Shown: positions 14,030-27,178, counted from the first letter of the stretch. The stretch is 64,000 bases of DNA from Octopus sinensis (GCF_006345805.1 NC_043006.1:67890001-67954000); one strand, 5' to 3'. Numbers and translations: made by a program. Notes: generated by a model not told the origin, from the letters alone.

Positions 14030-14506
14030 CCTGTTGAGGAAAGTGAAATCGAAATCAAATTCGATGACTGGCATCCATGCAAGTGGAGTGCTAAGAGCAC
14101 CATCCGAGCGTGATTGTTGCCAGGGCAGCTAATTGCTTCCGTGCCGGTGGCACGTAAAAAGAACCATTCGAGCGTTATTGTTACCAGCATCACCTTACTG
14201 GCACTTGTGCCGGTGACATGTGAAAAAACATTTGAGTGAGGTTGTTACCAGTGCCGCTAGACTGGCTCCTGTACAGGTGGCATGTAAAAAATACCATTTG
14301 GGCATGGCCATTGCTAGTACTGCTTGACTGGCCCTCATGCTGGTGACACGTAAAACCACCCACTACACTCTCAGAATGGTTGGCATTAGGAAGGGCATCC
14401 AGCTGTAGAAACTCTGCCAGATCGAGACTGGAGCCTGGTGCAGCCATCTGGTTCGCCAGTCCTCAGTCAAAAGCTAGCATGGAAGTGGATGTTAAATGAT
14501 GATGAT
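14030..14506 (+). mobile_element. RTE 3'-UTR-only fragment
   Basis: gtgccggtggcacgtaaaaa modules, ttggcattaggaagggcatccagctgtagaaac and a (GAT)n tail, as at 42100-42620. Confidence 0.85.
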
Positions 14507-15614
14507 GTAGACCACAATCACTTAATTACATAAAGAGGAGTTGGAGGTGCCAATAGCAGAGGAGTCAAAGAATTTTGTTTCAACTGCACAGCCCTGATTT
14601 AAACTGGGCATATCCCAGCCAAATATTGTTTTATGCTCAAACCAGTCAGATCTGGCTCATCACATCTACACTACAATATCATTCTAAAAACAAATAATGA
14701 CATCATTGAAATCTCAAAGCTCTGAGACAATGCATGATTAATTTAAAACAATATGAATGAAAAACCATTATGCTCAAAAGTAATCTGAATGTTCAAAGGT
14801 GGAGTGGGAAATGGAGTCAAAAGCATTGACAATGTCAAGTGCATTTAAAATTGTGTATCCTTTATGTTAGAGCCATGAATAGTGTGGTAGTTGAATGCAA
14901 TGGTCTACAACAGTGTTGCATTTTGAAGGAGATTGTGTGGGTTACTTATACTGTGTCAAGAATTAGCTTTAAACTTTCTACTGAATGGTTATGATTTTGT
15001 CCCACTTTAAGATTTTGGAAATTTGACAATGCTGGTAAGAGTAATTACAGATGTTGATGTGTGCATTAAGTCCTTCAGATCCTTGGTGTTTTAAGTGTGT
15101 ATTTGTGAATATATCTGCACATGAGACTTTTGAGGTCTGAGGATTTTTGATTCCTTTATGGCATTTTGAGTTTCAAATGGAAAAAAGACAGTTAAAATCA
15201 GGCACATACATTGTTTTGTAGTTGTATGTCGCAACATTCTGAGTAGCCATAAGGTTATCAAGTTTACAATACCAATTTATATTAAGCACTGAATAATAAT
15301 TACTATTTTAAAAACAGTTTATCTTTTACTTGAAGCAGGGGTGAAAATTCTTATCTATGAGTATGTCACCACACTATTTTGCCTAGCCCTGACACAAAAC
15401 AATGGACTGATGATCACAGGCTTTCCATCCTAGACCATTCCACCATCTTCAGACAATGTACCTTGAATTACAATATCTAATGTCTAACGGTTTTGGGTAT
15501 GAAGAAGTTCAGATAGTGGGAATGATCTTGTAGAGGCCTTCTCATCAATTCAATGGTTTTAGTGGTCACATGTACACTGGTGCATGAATGTTACTGATAT
15601 CTTTTAAGTATATA

Positions 15615-17983
15615 TTGGGTTGGCAAGAAAGTATTTTAGGTTTTTTTAGACTGAAAGAATTTTTTTTTCATACGAAGAATGAACTTTTATAAATTACTAG
15701 CAGTATCGCCCGGCGTTGCTCGGGTTGTAAGGGAAATAACTATATAAGCATTTTTAGAGAGTTATAGCCAAAAAATAGCAAAAAAATGCATTAAAAATTG
15801 AAAAAAAATTAAGGTAAATTTTTTTTTAAATCGTTGACACATCGTAGATATTTTTAGAGAGTTACTTCCCTTATATAAAAGCGAAAAAAATGCATTCAAA
15901 TGGAAAAATATGATGGTAAATTTTTTTTAAATCGTAGACTCATCGTAGACGCGCGCTAATACCCAGAAGGGCTTGATATGAATCACGACTATAAGATACC
16001 CGCTTTTGGTTAAACTGCACGGCAAAATGTGGGAGTAGTTACGAATCTAAATCGAAGGGGACAGACACACAACTTCACTCTTATATAAAGATGCTTATTT
16101 TTTTTCAGTCATAGAGTTAGATTTATGAAGGTCTTCAGTAGAAAATCCTTCGAATTCTGACTCGCTGCTTGATATAATGAAATTCGTATCCATTTTTTGT
16201 CAGAATTAGAAATTTTGAAAACACAATAGGAACAAATTTCGGAAAAAAATCTCCCATAATTCACGGAATTAAAATTACACTTTGATTTTTGTACAAAACT
16301 GTATTTGAAGTGTTTACGAAGTATAATACGTGTTTTCACGAATGTACTAAAGAGATTTACTCTGATATTCTCATTTAAATATGAATAGGTAAATTCGGGC
16401 GGTTTGGTAACGAAAGGGTTTATATAAGTGTCGTCTGTTTATACATAAACACTGTTTCATACTTTCAGTTTAGTCTTGCTCAAATCACTCTGTCGCTAAT
16501 TTACTCTCTTCCAAGAACATTTTCACTCACTGTTATCTGTTAGCTTCCCATACATTTTACTCATGTATCTATCAGCGTGATAGACAGAAACAAATATTAC
16601 ATTTACTTTCATTTTATTCGTCGCACACTGTGTGTGTGCGTTTGCGTGTGGTGTAAACCAGACTAAGAAAAGCATTTGACACACACACCAGAATGTGAGT
16701 TTTCTGTAAATTTTGCTTAATTGGAGTTTAAATTTTAAAAACTGGACCTGGCATGACGCGATGCATTGTACTCTCAAAAATGCTAGGTAAATTGTAATTG
16801 AAGAAATCCTATATTGTAGATTTGTATAACTCCCAAAGGGAGGCAGATAAAATCTGCCTTTTATAATAAGAGATATATTTTCTATTTTGTTTGATGATTT
16901 GTCATCTTTCAGGCAACTTCATGATTCTGTGCTCATAGAACTTCTGGTCGATATCAGACAAAAACTGAAGTAAATGTGATTTCAGGTTATAATCATTATT
17001 GAAAGTTTTACCATTCAAAGAATTTTGCAAACTTTAAAATAAATGGCAATCTGATGGTGTAAGGTTAGGGATATATGGTGGATGTGACATCACTTCCCAA
17101 ACAAGCTCCAATAATTTTTCACAAGTTAGCAAAGATGTGTATAGTCTAGCGTTGTCATGGTGGAACACGATTCCTTTATTATTTACCAATTCTGGCCGTT
17201 TTTCTTTGATTGCTTCCTCCAGTTTCATTAGTTGTTGACAGTAAACATGTGAATTGATCGTTTGGTTCCTTGGAAGCAGCTCAAAATAAACAACAAATTG
17301 ACAGCAAGACCTTTTTTTTTAATGCAATTCAGCTTTTAATCTGGTTTGTACTGGCTCATTACGCTTGAACTACGATCGTTTTCGAGTGATGTTATTGTGG
17401 ACAATCCGTGTTTCATCATCAGTGATGATTCGTTTCAAAAAAGGTCGATTCCATTGCGAGCGAGATGTATATGGCAAATATTGATTCGTTATGTTAAATT
17501 CATCTCTTTCAACTTATGTGGAACCCAAATATCGAGCTTCTTAACGAGTCGAGACATTGTAAGTGATTTTCTATTCGTGTGTGTGTGATACATTTAACCT
17601 CTCTGCAATCTCTCGCACAGTTTAATCAGATTTAATTATGGCTTTGATTCGGTCATCAGAATGTTGGTCATTTTTGAGTGAAAAATCTCCAGAACGGAAT
17701 TTTAAAGCCATTTCTGACATGTGCGTTCTGTTAAACAATGAACACCATAAACTTCACATATCTCTTTGTGAGCCTCAGCAGCTTTCTTGCCTTTACGGGA
17801 ATAAAAAAGCAAAATACGGCGAAAATGTTCATTTTTGCACTCCATGTTAAAATTGACACTGAACTAACAACTGTATACAAAATTGCGCACCAAATGTCAA
17901 AAGGAAAACGTCGTAACACTAAGTCATTAAAAAAGTCTTAATTCCATCTGCGAAAAACGAAATTACTTTTTTTGCCACCCCAA
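15615..17983 (-). mobile_element. Decayed mariner transposon interrupted by Helitron sequence
   Basis: TA-flanked TIRs (ta|ttgggttggcaagaaagta ... tactttttttgccaccccaa|ta). Transposase remnants MECKNEHFRRILLFY...ICEVYG (from 17845) and FHHDNAR...HPPYIPNLTPSDCHLF. About 1.19 kb without the insert. Confidence 0.9.
15697..16873 (-). mobile_element. Composite non-autonomous Helitron
   Basis: Minus strand: a|TCTCTTATTATAAA 5' end at 16873, a second a|TCTTTATATAA 5' end at 16091, and a 3' hairpin cccgagcaacgccggg followed by CTAG|t at 15697. A^T target, no TSD. Confidence 0.8.
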
Positions 17984-19159
17984 TAATTGTCAATAATCAT
18001 TTTCTTGATGTACGCGGTGGAAGTAAACAGATTAACACACACACAAATACACATCTGTCATAATTCCATTCAGATATATAATTACTACATTTGCCACCAG
18101 TACTTGACTGATAGTTTTTTATCGACCTCGGAAAAGCGAAAGACAAAGCTGCCCTTTGCAGTATTAAAAACCAGAACGAAAAGTACCGTAGCTAAACACA
18201 AGTATTTTGTCCGACGCTGTCGGCAAAACCAAACCCATTCATTTCTAGAACTTTGAACTTAGGTTTACATAAACAGAATATCTATTTACATAGCCTCAAG
18301 ATTTATATTATTCACCGAGTACGATGTGAAAAGTCACTATAGTGCGTAGAACTAGTTTTATCTCACACTCTACTCGCAGTATATATGTGACACATAACTG
18401 TCTAGAATTCACCTCGGGAAATCAGAACCAAGAATGTATTCACAAATAAAGTCTTTCATCCTTCACCAACAGGACGAGGGCAGAAGACAAAGTTTAATAT
18501 ACAATATTATAATTATTAGATAACAGAAGTGGACAGCGGAAACCAAGTGCCTGTAATACGCAAATCTTAATACAATTTATACTTTTTGTCAATTTACGGA
18601 CAAAAACAATTAGAAAAAAGTCAAAAAAGTATATGTAAGGCTTTAATTACAGACATGGAACGAAAACGAAGTAATTTAGCAACTGTCAGATGTAACTAGT
18701 GTGAAAAATACATGATATTTTATAAGAATTAAAAGTATTAAAGTTAGTAAATATTAACTTGTTGAAGCTACGCAGTGAGAATAACCCTAAAAAAAGCATT
18801 AAAAGTTTTTAAGGTCAGTCAGAACATGTATAAGTGCAAAACTAAATTATGTCAGTTGATATATGTTCAATGATTACACTTGTGTGTTTAAAGTCATCTA
18901 CTTGGTATATGTAGCGAATATATGAAAGTAGTAAGCTAGCTGGTACATCTGGTGAGATATACCAGTTATACAAAGACAGCCAGAACATATAATGATACTA
19001 TATCAGTGCACAGAGCCAGTCGGTACATGTAACATACATATATAATCAAAACAGCTTGATTCAGACTCCTCGGTACTCCGAGTGTGACTCAAACTGTTTT
19101 GATGTATACAAGTAACTCCCAATAAATATGTTTGAGTGCCCATCTTTCGTTTGTGTGTG

Positions 19160-19450
19160 TGAAACGCGCATGCCTCAGTTGTTAGAGCGTCAAGCTCACA
19201 ATCATGAGATAGTGAGTTCAATTTCTGGGCCGGACTGTGTGTTATGTTGTGTTCTTGAGGGAGACACTGTATTTCGCCTGGCTCCAGTTCACTCAGCTGT
19301 AGAAATAAGTTGCGACGTCACTGGTGCCAAGCTGTATCGGCCTTGCCCTTGGATAACATCGGTGGCATGGAGATGGGAAGCTGGTATGTATGGGCGACTC
19401 CTGGTCTTCCATAGACGACCTTGCTCGGACTTGTGCCTCAGAGGGGACCT
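19160..19450 (+). mobile_element. tRNA-derived SINE
   Basis: A/B-box-like head (ctcagttgttagagcg...gagttcaatt) followed by gttcttgagggagacact. Confidence 0.6.
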
Positions 19451-19915
19451 GTCATTTATGACCGAAGGAGGTGGGGGTCTTTATTTAATTTTATTTATAT
19501 ATGTGTGTGTGTGTGTGTGGATCGTTTGTAGAAATACATAAATCCGCAGAAGAACACTTTAAGAAGTAGAGCAGTTAATATATGGAATCTCGACCTAATG
19601 CATTTCTATATATAGTGTTACAGTACTAGCCAGGACATGTTGAGATACTATATATTTATATACAAAAACAATCAGTACATGTAAAAGATATACTAGCGTA
19701 AGGAAAACTATTGATAAATATCACATAAGCGTACCAAGCGAGCTCATTCAATAATACCAGACATATTAATTACGACATTGGGTAATATAATAAAAAAAAG
19801 CTCATCTATATCATTTATTATTAGAATAAGAAAGAGCTGTTGTAAATGGAAGATATCTGACTAGAAAGATAGTAACTAGTCATGTAGAGTTATGAAATTA
19901 AGAATAAAGACTTAC

Positions 19916-20135
19916 GTTGGGGTATTCGTCCAAGCCCTCGACATGTGGGGCACTGTTTACTGCCTTTCATTAATTCCTCATACCCAGTATTAAAGTTGGA
20001 CGGGTCAGGGCTGCTGGAAGTAGTTTGAATGTTATCTAATTCCTTTGAAGCATCATCTGATGCATACGGTTCATTAACAAATGTTTTGTACCCGTTATTA
20101 CTCATTCCTCGGGTACTATTTGAAGCAGAAGTCAT
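19916..20135 (-). CDS. TMEM106B: TMEM106-family (TMEM106B-like) lysosomal type II membrane protein, first coding exon
   Basis: ATG lies in a GCCACCATG Kozak context. The exon encodes 73 aa ending CPTCRGLGRIPQ, matching the TMEM106 CPTCxGxGRIP motif. A GTAAGT donor follows 19916 (phase 1). Confidence 0.9.
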
Positions 20136-21469
20136 GGTGGCTGTTCAGTAAGTCAAGTAAGTTGTTCCACTTCGACCAGAAATCACTGGTTTTTAGGCAG
20201 AATAATAGAATAGCAAAAGAATTTATCCAAGCAGCTTTCTGGATAGAATCCCCGTTCTGTAGAGGTTATGTGCACGAATTACTGACAATTCACTGTCAAC
20301 TACGTTCATTGTAAAACGTTTCACATTCTGGTTCAGTGCTTCCTTAACACATATGTAATGAAAAACTCAATGTGTATTCGATTGTAAAATATAAAACAGT
20401 AATTCAAACAGCTGTACAATCAATGGATATGGTTGTGTGTGAAGTAAGCGACACGCACCGTCAACAAACTTCAGCTGGTTTTCTGGGTAAAGAAGTCACG
20501 TTTCTTGTTGGCAATAGCAAATGAAACATTCCATAGTCTGCTAAGAGTTTAATGTGGAATCCAGAGAGGTATACTATGAGGGAACAGTCGTCCACCAGAT
20601 CACAATGCTTTAACATCGATACATTTCGAGAGACATATCAACAACATCTACAGGACTCGCTATGACGTCACATAGCACATGTACTCTAAGCCTCTCTTTT
20701 GCGCCTTTCTCTTTCTATCTGTTTTATACTCTTCCTACTACTCACCGGCGACTACATGATTCTCACACTAAATTCTTCTTTCTCTCTATCTCATTCACTC
20801 ACTCCCTCTTTACTACTACGATGACAGTTCTTTCTTTACTTCTCACAAAGCACTTCTATCTCTCTCTACTAATTTCCCACTCCCTTTCTAGCCTCACATT
20901 TCATTGAGTACCACTTACCTCTTTCTCTTTGTATCTTTATCTCCTATTTTTATTACATGTTCATCTCATTCACATACTCTCATATTTATTTATATCAATT
21001 CTAAAGAATGCTTCAATTTAAATCTTTCTTTTAATTTCCTTCCGTCTCTCTATGTGATGGTGTGCAAACGATACGCGCACACACAGTGACCCGTACGCAT
21101 ACACGTTTTTTTACATATATGTACACACACACATACACATAAATGTATTTTTAATACAGAATCACTTTATCCGTCAACTCCATAGAGAACCTGAGAATAC
21201 AGTCAAATCATCAAGACTTGGTGGAGCTAATGTTAAAATGGCGACATTTGGATGAAGTGCGAAGTAAAGAACGAGATTTTTATCTGTATAAAAATTTAGA
21301 TGCATTAAATCTAATTTTTTAATATTTCTTTATATTTTACTTATTGAGTCTCTGGAGGAAGAGACTTATGCCTGTCCTCAAAAACACTTAGCATCATGGT
21401 CACAATGCCAAAAGTGATCCATTTTAATTGTTACAAGAAAGACATGATCTGGGAGAGGATTCCAAAAGG

Positions 21470-22390
21470 ACAATATTTTAAGGGACTAGACATAAAGACT
21501 AGTGCAGAGTTAAGAGGAACTGGATGCAACAAGAGTGATAAGAGATGGAGAGGCAAATGGATCTTAGATGTCAAAGAAGTGGAAGTATGAGACCAGCCAG
21601 TTCTGAGGAGCATTGGCCATTAAAGCGGCAATAGAAAAGACAGAGAGGAGATAGTATATCTGTGAGCATGAGGCCAGAACAAGTCCATTAGAGATTGAAT
21701 GCCAATCAGTCAAGAGGTCCAGGATATCTGTGTGTATAACAGCAGTACTCCATTGTGAACAAGGCCATTTTAGCAGCATTAAAGGCCTCTAAGTAAATCA
21801 ATGCACTGGACTCTGTAGTATTTATGTATTGACAGCAAGCCACAGCATACATGGATCAGGCTTGGACCCCTAGACTCATGGGACTGGCCAGGCAACTGTC
21901 TTACATGACTATGCCTTAAGGTGCCACTGATTGTGGGCTTCACTTGGGCTTTGTAAAGTGTCAGCAACTGTTGGGAGCCGAAATATTTTCTGACCTTAAA
22001 GAGGAAGGGCTTCTCTTGGGGATGCAGTCCTAGTTATGTTAAGGATATATTTTTTTACAAAGAGGGATCCTTTGTGATTGTGCAGCTCAGTATTTGAAGT
22101 ATCTGTTGGGGTCCTGAGTGCTACTTGAGTTTTCTTTTTGTTTTTATTTGGGTGGGTGCAGTAAAAGACAAAATTGGTTTGGACCCACTGCAATACAGGT
22201 TTAGCATATGGTGCCTATGATTCATGTGAATGATGCATGGTCGAGGAAAGTTAAGCTGTGTCACTTTAGTAAGAGTGGAGATTGTTGGATGTAGAGATAA
22301 GTAATTGATGTATAGAAGGGAGAGACTGGCAGAAAAGAAGCCAAACACCAGAGCTGAGAGAGTGGGTGACAGAAAGAGCCCTGTCAGCTC
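21470..22390 (-). mobile_element. Decayed CR1/L2/Jockey-group LINE 3' remnant
   Basis: LLTLYKAQVKP motif; similar in character to 35400-36480. Confidence 0.55.
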
Positions 22391-22429
22391 AAGCAGTGAT
22401 GCTGCAATCTGATTAGAAGTTACTGAGCC

Positions 22430-22595
22430 CATAACCCTCAACTCTAACCCTAGCCCTAGACACAATCCTAACTCTAACCTCAATGCTAACAGTGACCCTA
22501 ACTTGAATTCTAACTATTATCCTTATTCCAACCCTATTTCTAACAGTAACCCTGACCTTAACCTTTTCTTTACCTCCAACCCCAATCCTAATCAA
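22430..22595. repeat. Degenerate (TAACCC)n hexamer tract
   Basis: 6-nt periodic taaccc/tagccc/tgaccc variants. Confidence 0.65.
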
Positions 22596-24261
22596 AAACT
22601 TAACTTTGAGCCAAATTTAAATTATTTAAAAAAATTTTTTTGAGGGAGCAATGTTTAATTTCCAAACCAGAGGGTAGGCTGTTAAAATGGTCACTGTTGA
22701 GGAAGGAGGAAACTAAAATGATCCATATGGTACAAAGCTGCCTGCTTTAATACTGCACTTCCACTTTGTCAAGGAGTCTTGTCTGACAAGTTACTTGGTG
22801 ACCCTACTGATGACACATAAAAACAACCAGTGTATCCTGTAATGGCATGCAGTTGTGGAATCCCTGCCAAAACAGACAGTAGAGCTGGGAGCAGTCTTCT
22901 GGCTCACCAGCTCCTGTCAAACTGTCTAAACCATTCCAGCATCAGAAGCAGATGGTAAATGATGAGGATGAGGACGATGACGATAATGACACTGGGTAGA
23001 TGAGGTAAATCAATCAAAATTCAAATTTTGGTGGTAACATCTACACTAATCACATAAACCCTACTACTACAGATAGCAACACACACCAACATTACCTCAT
23101 GTTGAAAACGAGAATGTGAAGGTATAAAAACATCAACGGCATGATGACGAATTTACCATTCCAAACAAACTTATATGAAAGTATGAAAAACCTTGATACC
23201 AAAGATAATACTAATTTCTGTCTTTGAACTACAACCATGCTGGAGCACTGCATTCAAAGGCTGTAAGTCAATCACATCAACTCCAGTACATATTTCAGTT
23301 TGATACTTTATCAATCATATCTTATTGAATATACAGAATTATTATTAATTAATATCAATCAATTAATTTTAATTAGAAGAAGAAATAAAAGAAAGAGAGA
23401 GAGAGTGAGGGAAGAGAGAGAAAGAGAGTGTGAAAAATATATACACTATAATGAAACCAGATTTTTACTTCATACATACATTCAAAAATGGAGATACAGA
23501 CACATATGCATGCATGCATGCACGAACACACATGCACACACACACATACACATGCATGAAGTGCTTCTATATGTTTATATTTTCTCACAAGGCATTGGTT
23601 TGCTCCAAAAAAAACCTTTTGACTAAGAATGGGGTACATACATCTATGATAGACTCCCCCATCGAAGACACCAATGAACGTTGTTTTTGTTTTTGTTTTG
23701 TTTTGTGCCAAGCAACCAGCACAAATAAATTATTTGTAGTGATCAAATGTTCATACCACACATTAGTTCGCTCTCTCCATCAAATTGACATTGTCTGGAC
23801 AGGTGCATTGTGTACTACGCATCAGGTGTCGAAGTGATTGCAGAGTAACATGAGATGAAGTGTTTTGCTCAAGAACACAACGCACCACCCAGTCGAGGAA
23901 TTGAAACCACAATCTTGCAGACATGAGTCTAACACCCTAACCACTAGGCCATGCACTCTTATTACATACACACACACACATACACATGGGTTAATGGTTA
24001 GGCTATTGCACTCAATTGCAAGATTTTGGTCATGACTCATGGACCATGGGGTGTGTTGTATTCTTGGCCAATATACTTTATTTCACAGTGCTCCAGTCCT
24101 CTCACCTGTAAATGAGTAACCCTACAATAGATGCACCCTATTCAGGGTAAATGTCATAATCTCAGTCCTTTATATATTACAGGCCTACATGCATAGCCAG
24201 CAGGGTGGCATCAGTTGAATGCTACAACAAAGCATGATCAATGCAGTGGTACTGTGATATA

Positions 24262-24910
24262 TATATGTATGTAATTTAGAGAAAAATCTCTATTAAACAA
24301 TTCAATAAAGAAAGTTGTTATTCACACCATATAGAAAACATGAGGCAAGTGAAAGACAAAATCAAAATCAAAATCGATCAACATCAATGGAAATCGTAGC
24401 TGTGATACCAGTGCCGGTGGCACATAAGAGAACCCTGACTGCCTCTGTGCCAGTGGCACGTAAAAAGCACCATCCGATCATGGCCATTGCCAGCTTCGAT
24501 CATGGCCATTGCCAGCTTCGCCTGGCCTCTGTGCCGTTTGCCAGCCTCGTCTGGCACGTAAAAAGCACCCACTACACTCATGGAGTGGTTGGCGTTAGGA
24601 AGGGCATCCAGCCATAGAAACATTACCAGATCAGACTGGGCCTGGGGCAGCCTTCTGGCTTCCCAGACCCAGTTGAACTGTCCAACCCATGCCAGCATGG
24701 AAAGTGGATGCTAAATGATGATGATGATACTATAAAAAAACCTTATTTTAAAAATCAATAAATAGTAAATAGTACTCTTTACTACTTATTGTACTTTATT
24801 GATTTTTAAAAAAAGGTTTTTTTATAGCATATGTTTTCTATAAGGTGTGAATAACATCTTTCTTTATTGAATTGTTTAATAGAGGTTTTTCTCTAAATTA
24901 TATACATATA
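24262..24910. repeat. AT-rich palindromic element split by an RTE tail insertion
   Basis: 24262-24341 plus 24729-24762 is the reverse complement of about 24795-24910. Confidence 0.8.
24343..24728 (+). mobile_element. RTE 3'-UTR-only fragment inserted in a palindromic element
   Basis: Same 3' tail motifs and (GAT)n. Confidence 0.85.
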
Positions 24911-24977
24911 TAGTGTGAAATTTGATTTAAAATTGATAAATTGAATTTTTCTCTGTAAATTTTGGAATTATATTTCC

Positions 24978-25030
<53 letters not shown>

Positions 25031-25051
25031 TATTATAATAATATATATATA

Positions 25052-25981
25052 TCATCATCGTTTAACGTCCCATTTCCATGCTAGCATGCGTTGGACAGTT
25101 CGACTGGGGTCTGGGAAACCAGGAGGCTGGAGCCTGTCTGATCTGGCAGTGTTTCTACAGCTGGATACCATTCCTAACGCCAACCACTCCGTGAGTGTAG
25201 TGGGTGCTCTTTATGTACCACTGGCATGGAAGCCAGTCAAGGCAGCGCTGGCATCGGCCACGTTAGGATGGTGCTTTTTACGTGCCACCAGCACGGGTAT
25301 AACAACTACAATTTCCATTTGATTTTTATTTTGATGTTGATGTACTTGACTCAATATGTCTCCTCAAGCACAGCAGGTCGTCCTAAGATCCAAGGTAAGC
25401 ACAGCAGGCCGTCCTGCTATCCAAGGTACTTTGGATGGGCTGAGGCTGCTATGTGAAGCTGGTGCAGGAAACAGCCATAAACTCACGTTATTGTCTCTAT
25501 GAGGCCCAACATTCAAAGGTCATGCTTGACCACCTCATACCATGTCTTTCTAGGTCTACCTCTACCCTGGATTCCTTCAACTGTTTGGGAGTGGCAGTTC
25601 GCACACATGCATCGTACAATCTACCTTTCACTCTGAGCAAGAGACCCATTGTCACGTGTAGGGGTAGAAGTTTTCTAAACCTTGCCCAGGCTATTCATAT
25701 TCTAGTGGTGACACTCTCTGAGCATCCACCTCCTATACTAACTTGGTCACCTAGGTAGCTGAAACTATCAACTACTTCTAGTTTCTTCCCCTGGAGTGTG
25801 ATGGAATCTGTTTTCTGAGTATCTGTGGTGTCTATTGCCCCTGTGCATCTGCAGCACATGAAAGCTATCTTCTTGGTTAATTTTCCTTTGATGTTGCAGC
25901 ACCTCTTATGTGTCCATAGCTTACACTGGGTACATTTTATGGAGTTTCTACCTACACCTTTTCTACAGATCGAGCAGGGCC
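25052..25981 (-). mobile_element. Internally deleted, 5'-truncated RTE derivative
   Basis: Homologous to the RTE C-terminus (PHD finger, FxYLG, GRLYDACVRT) and to the 3' tail. Confidence 0.88.
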
Positions 25982-26722
25982 TTAGAAGTTTAGAAGTTCA
26001 AAACTGTGAGTAGGGAAATGCAGAATTAGGTCAGCTGATCGTGAGAATCAAATATTGGTCACTTCACTAAAATCTGCAGGTTGTATGGGTTATTTCCCTT
26101 GGGTTGTTTCAATAAATTTTTAGTAATATGTAGTAGATAGAAGGATCCATTGGAAGGGCCCTATTATCGATTTTTTTTTTCAACAATCTAAGTATGTCAC
26201 AAGGTTTCCAGACATGTGTTCTACTCATGTGTCACATAAAGTATAAAAGTGATATTGTCTGAAAGATTAGAAATAGGGCACACAAAAAAATGAATAGTCA
26301 AAGTAATCAAAATTTAACAATGAAATGGGTTATTTCCCTTGTGTGTTTAAAAAAATATTGTACAGGTGCTATGGGTTATTTCTCTTGGGTGTTAAAAAAA
26401 ATTAGTTATATGAGGTAGATATAAAGGTCCCTTCCAGGGGCCATATTATCAATTTCTTCAATAATCTAAGTATGTCACAAGGTTTCCAGTCATGAGTTCT
26501 ACTCACATGCCAAGTTTCATAAAAATCAATAAAATGAATTAGCAGGAGTTAGCTAACAACGCCACAAACAAAACACAAACCGGTTTTCCACATATATAGT
26601 AGATACACACACACACACATCATCATCATCATCAGCATCATCTTCGTTTAGTGTCTGCTTTCCATGCTAGCATGGGTTATATTAATATATATATATATAT
26701 ATATATATACACACGCACACAA

Positions 26723-26768
<46 letters not shown>

Positions 26769-26800
26769 TATATATATTATATATATATATATACATATAT

Positions 26801-27138
26801 AGGAGATGTACTTGCATAGCAAGTGATTTGATCTGAGATCGTGTGCTGAAACAAAAACAATTGCAGCGTGGAAGGTGTTTGTAAGACATTTAAGAAACAC
26901 ACAAAAGCCGTTCGATTCACTTCAACATTTAAGTTTAATTTGTCAAAATATTTTCGTTGCTTTAAGACTGCGACCTGTTCCCTGACAAAAATCTGTTGCA
27001 GCATGGATTTTTGTCAGTAAACAAGTCGCGGTCTTAAAGCGAACGAAAATATTTTGACAAATTAAACTTAAATGTTGAAGTGAATCCAACGGCTTTTGTG
27101 TGTTTCTTAAATGGCTTACAAACACCTTCCATGCTGCA

Positions 27139-27142
<4 letters not shown>
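26801..27142. mobile_element. Palindromic (TA)n-embedded element, each arm with a hammerhead-like fold (Penelope-like inverted termini)
   Basis: Arms 26858-26996 and 27006-27142 are near-perfect reverse complements. The left arm extends about 57 bp further. Confidence 0.75.
27010..27061 (+). ncRNA. Minimal hammerhead-like motif with a G3-C8 core
   Basis: UUUGUCA-GUAAACA-A-GUCGC(9 nt)GCGAAC-GAAA-AUAU-UU/UGACAAA. A mirror copy lies on the minus strand at 26939-26989. Confidence 0.55.
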
Positions 27143-27178
<36 letters not shown>

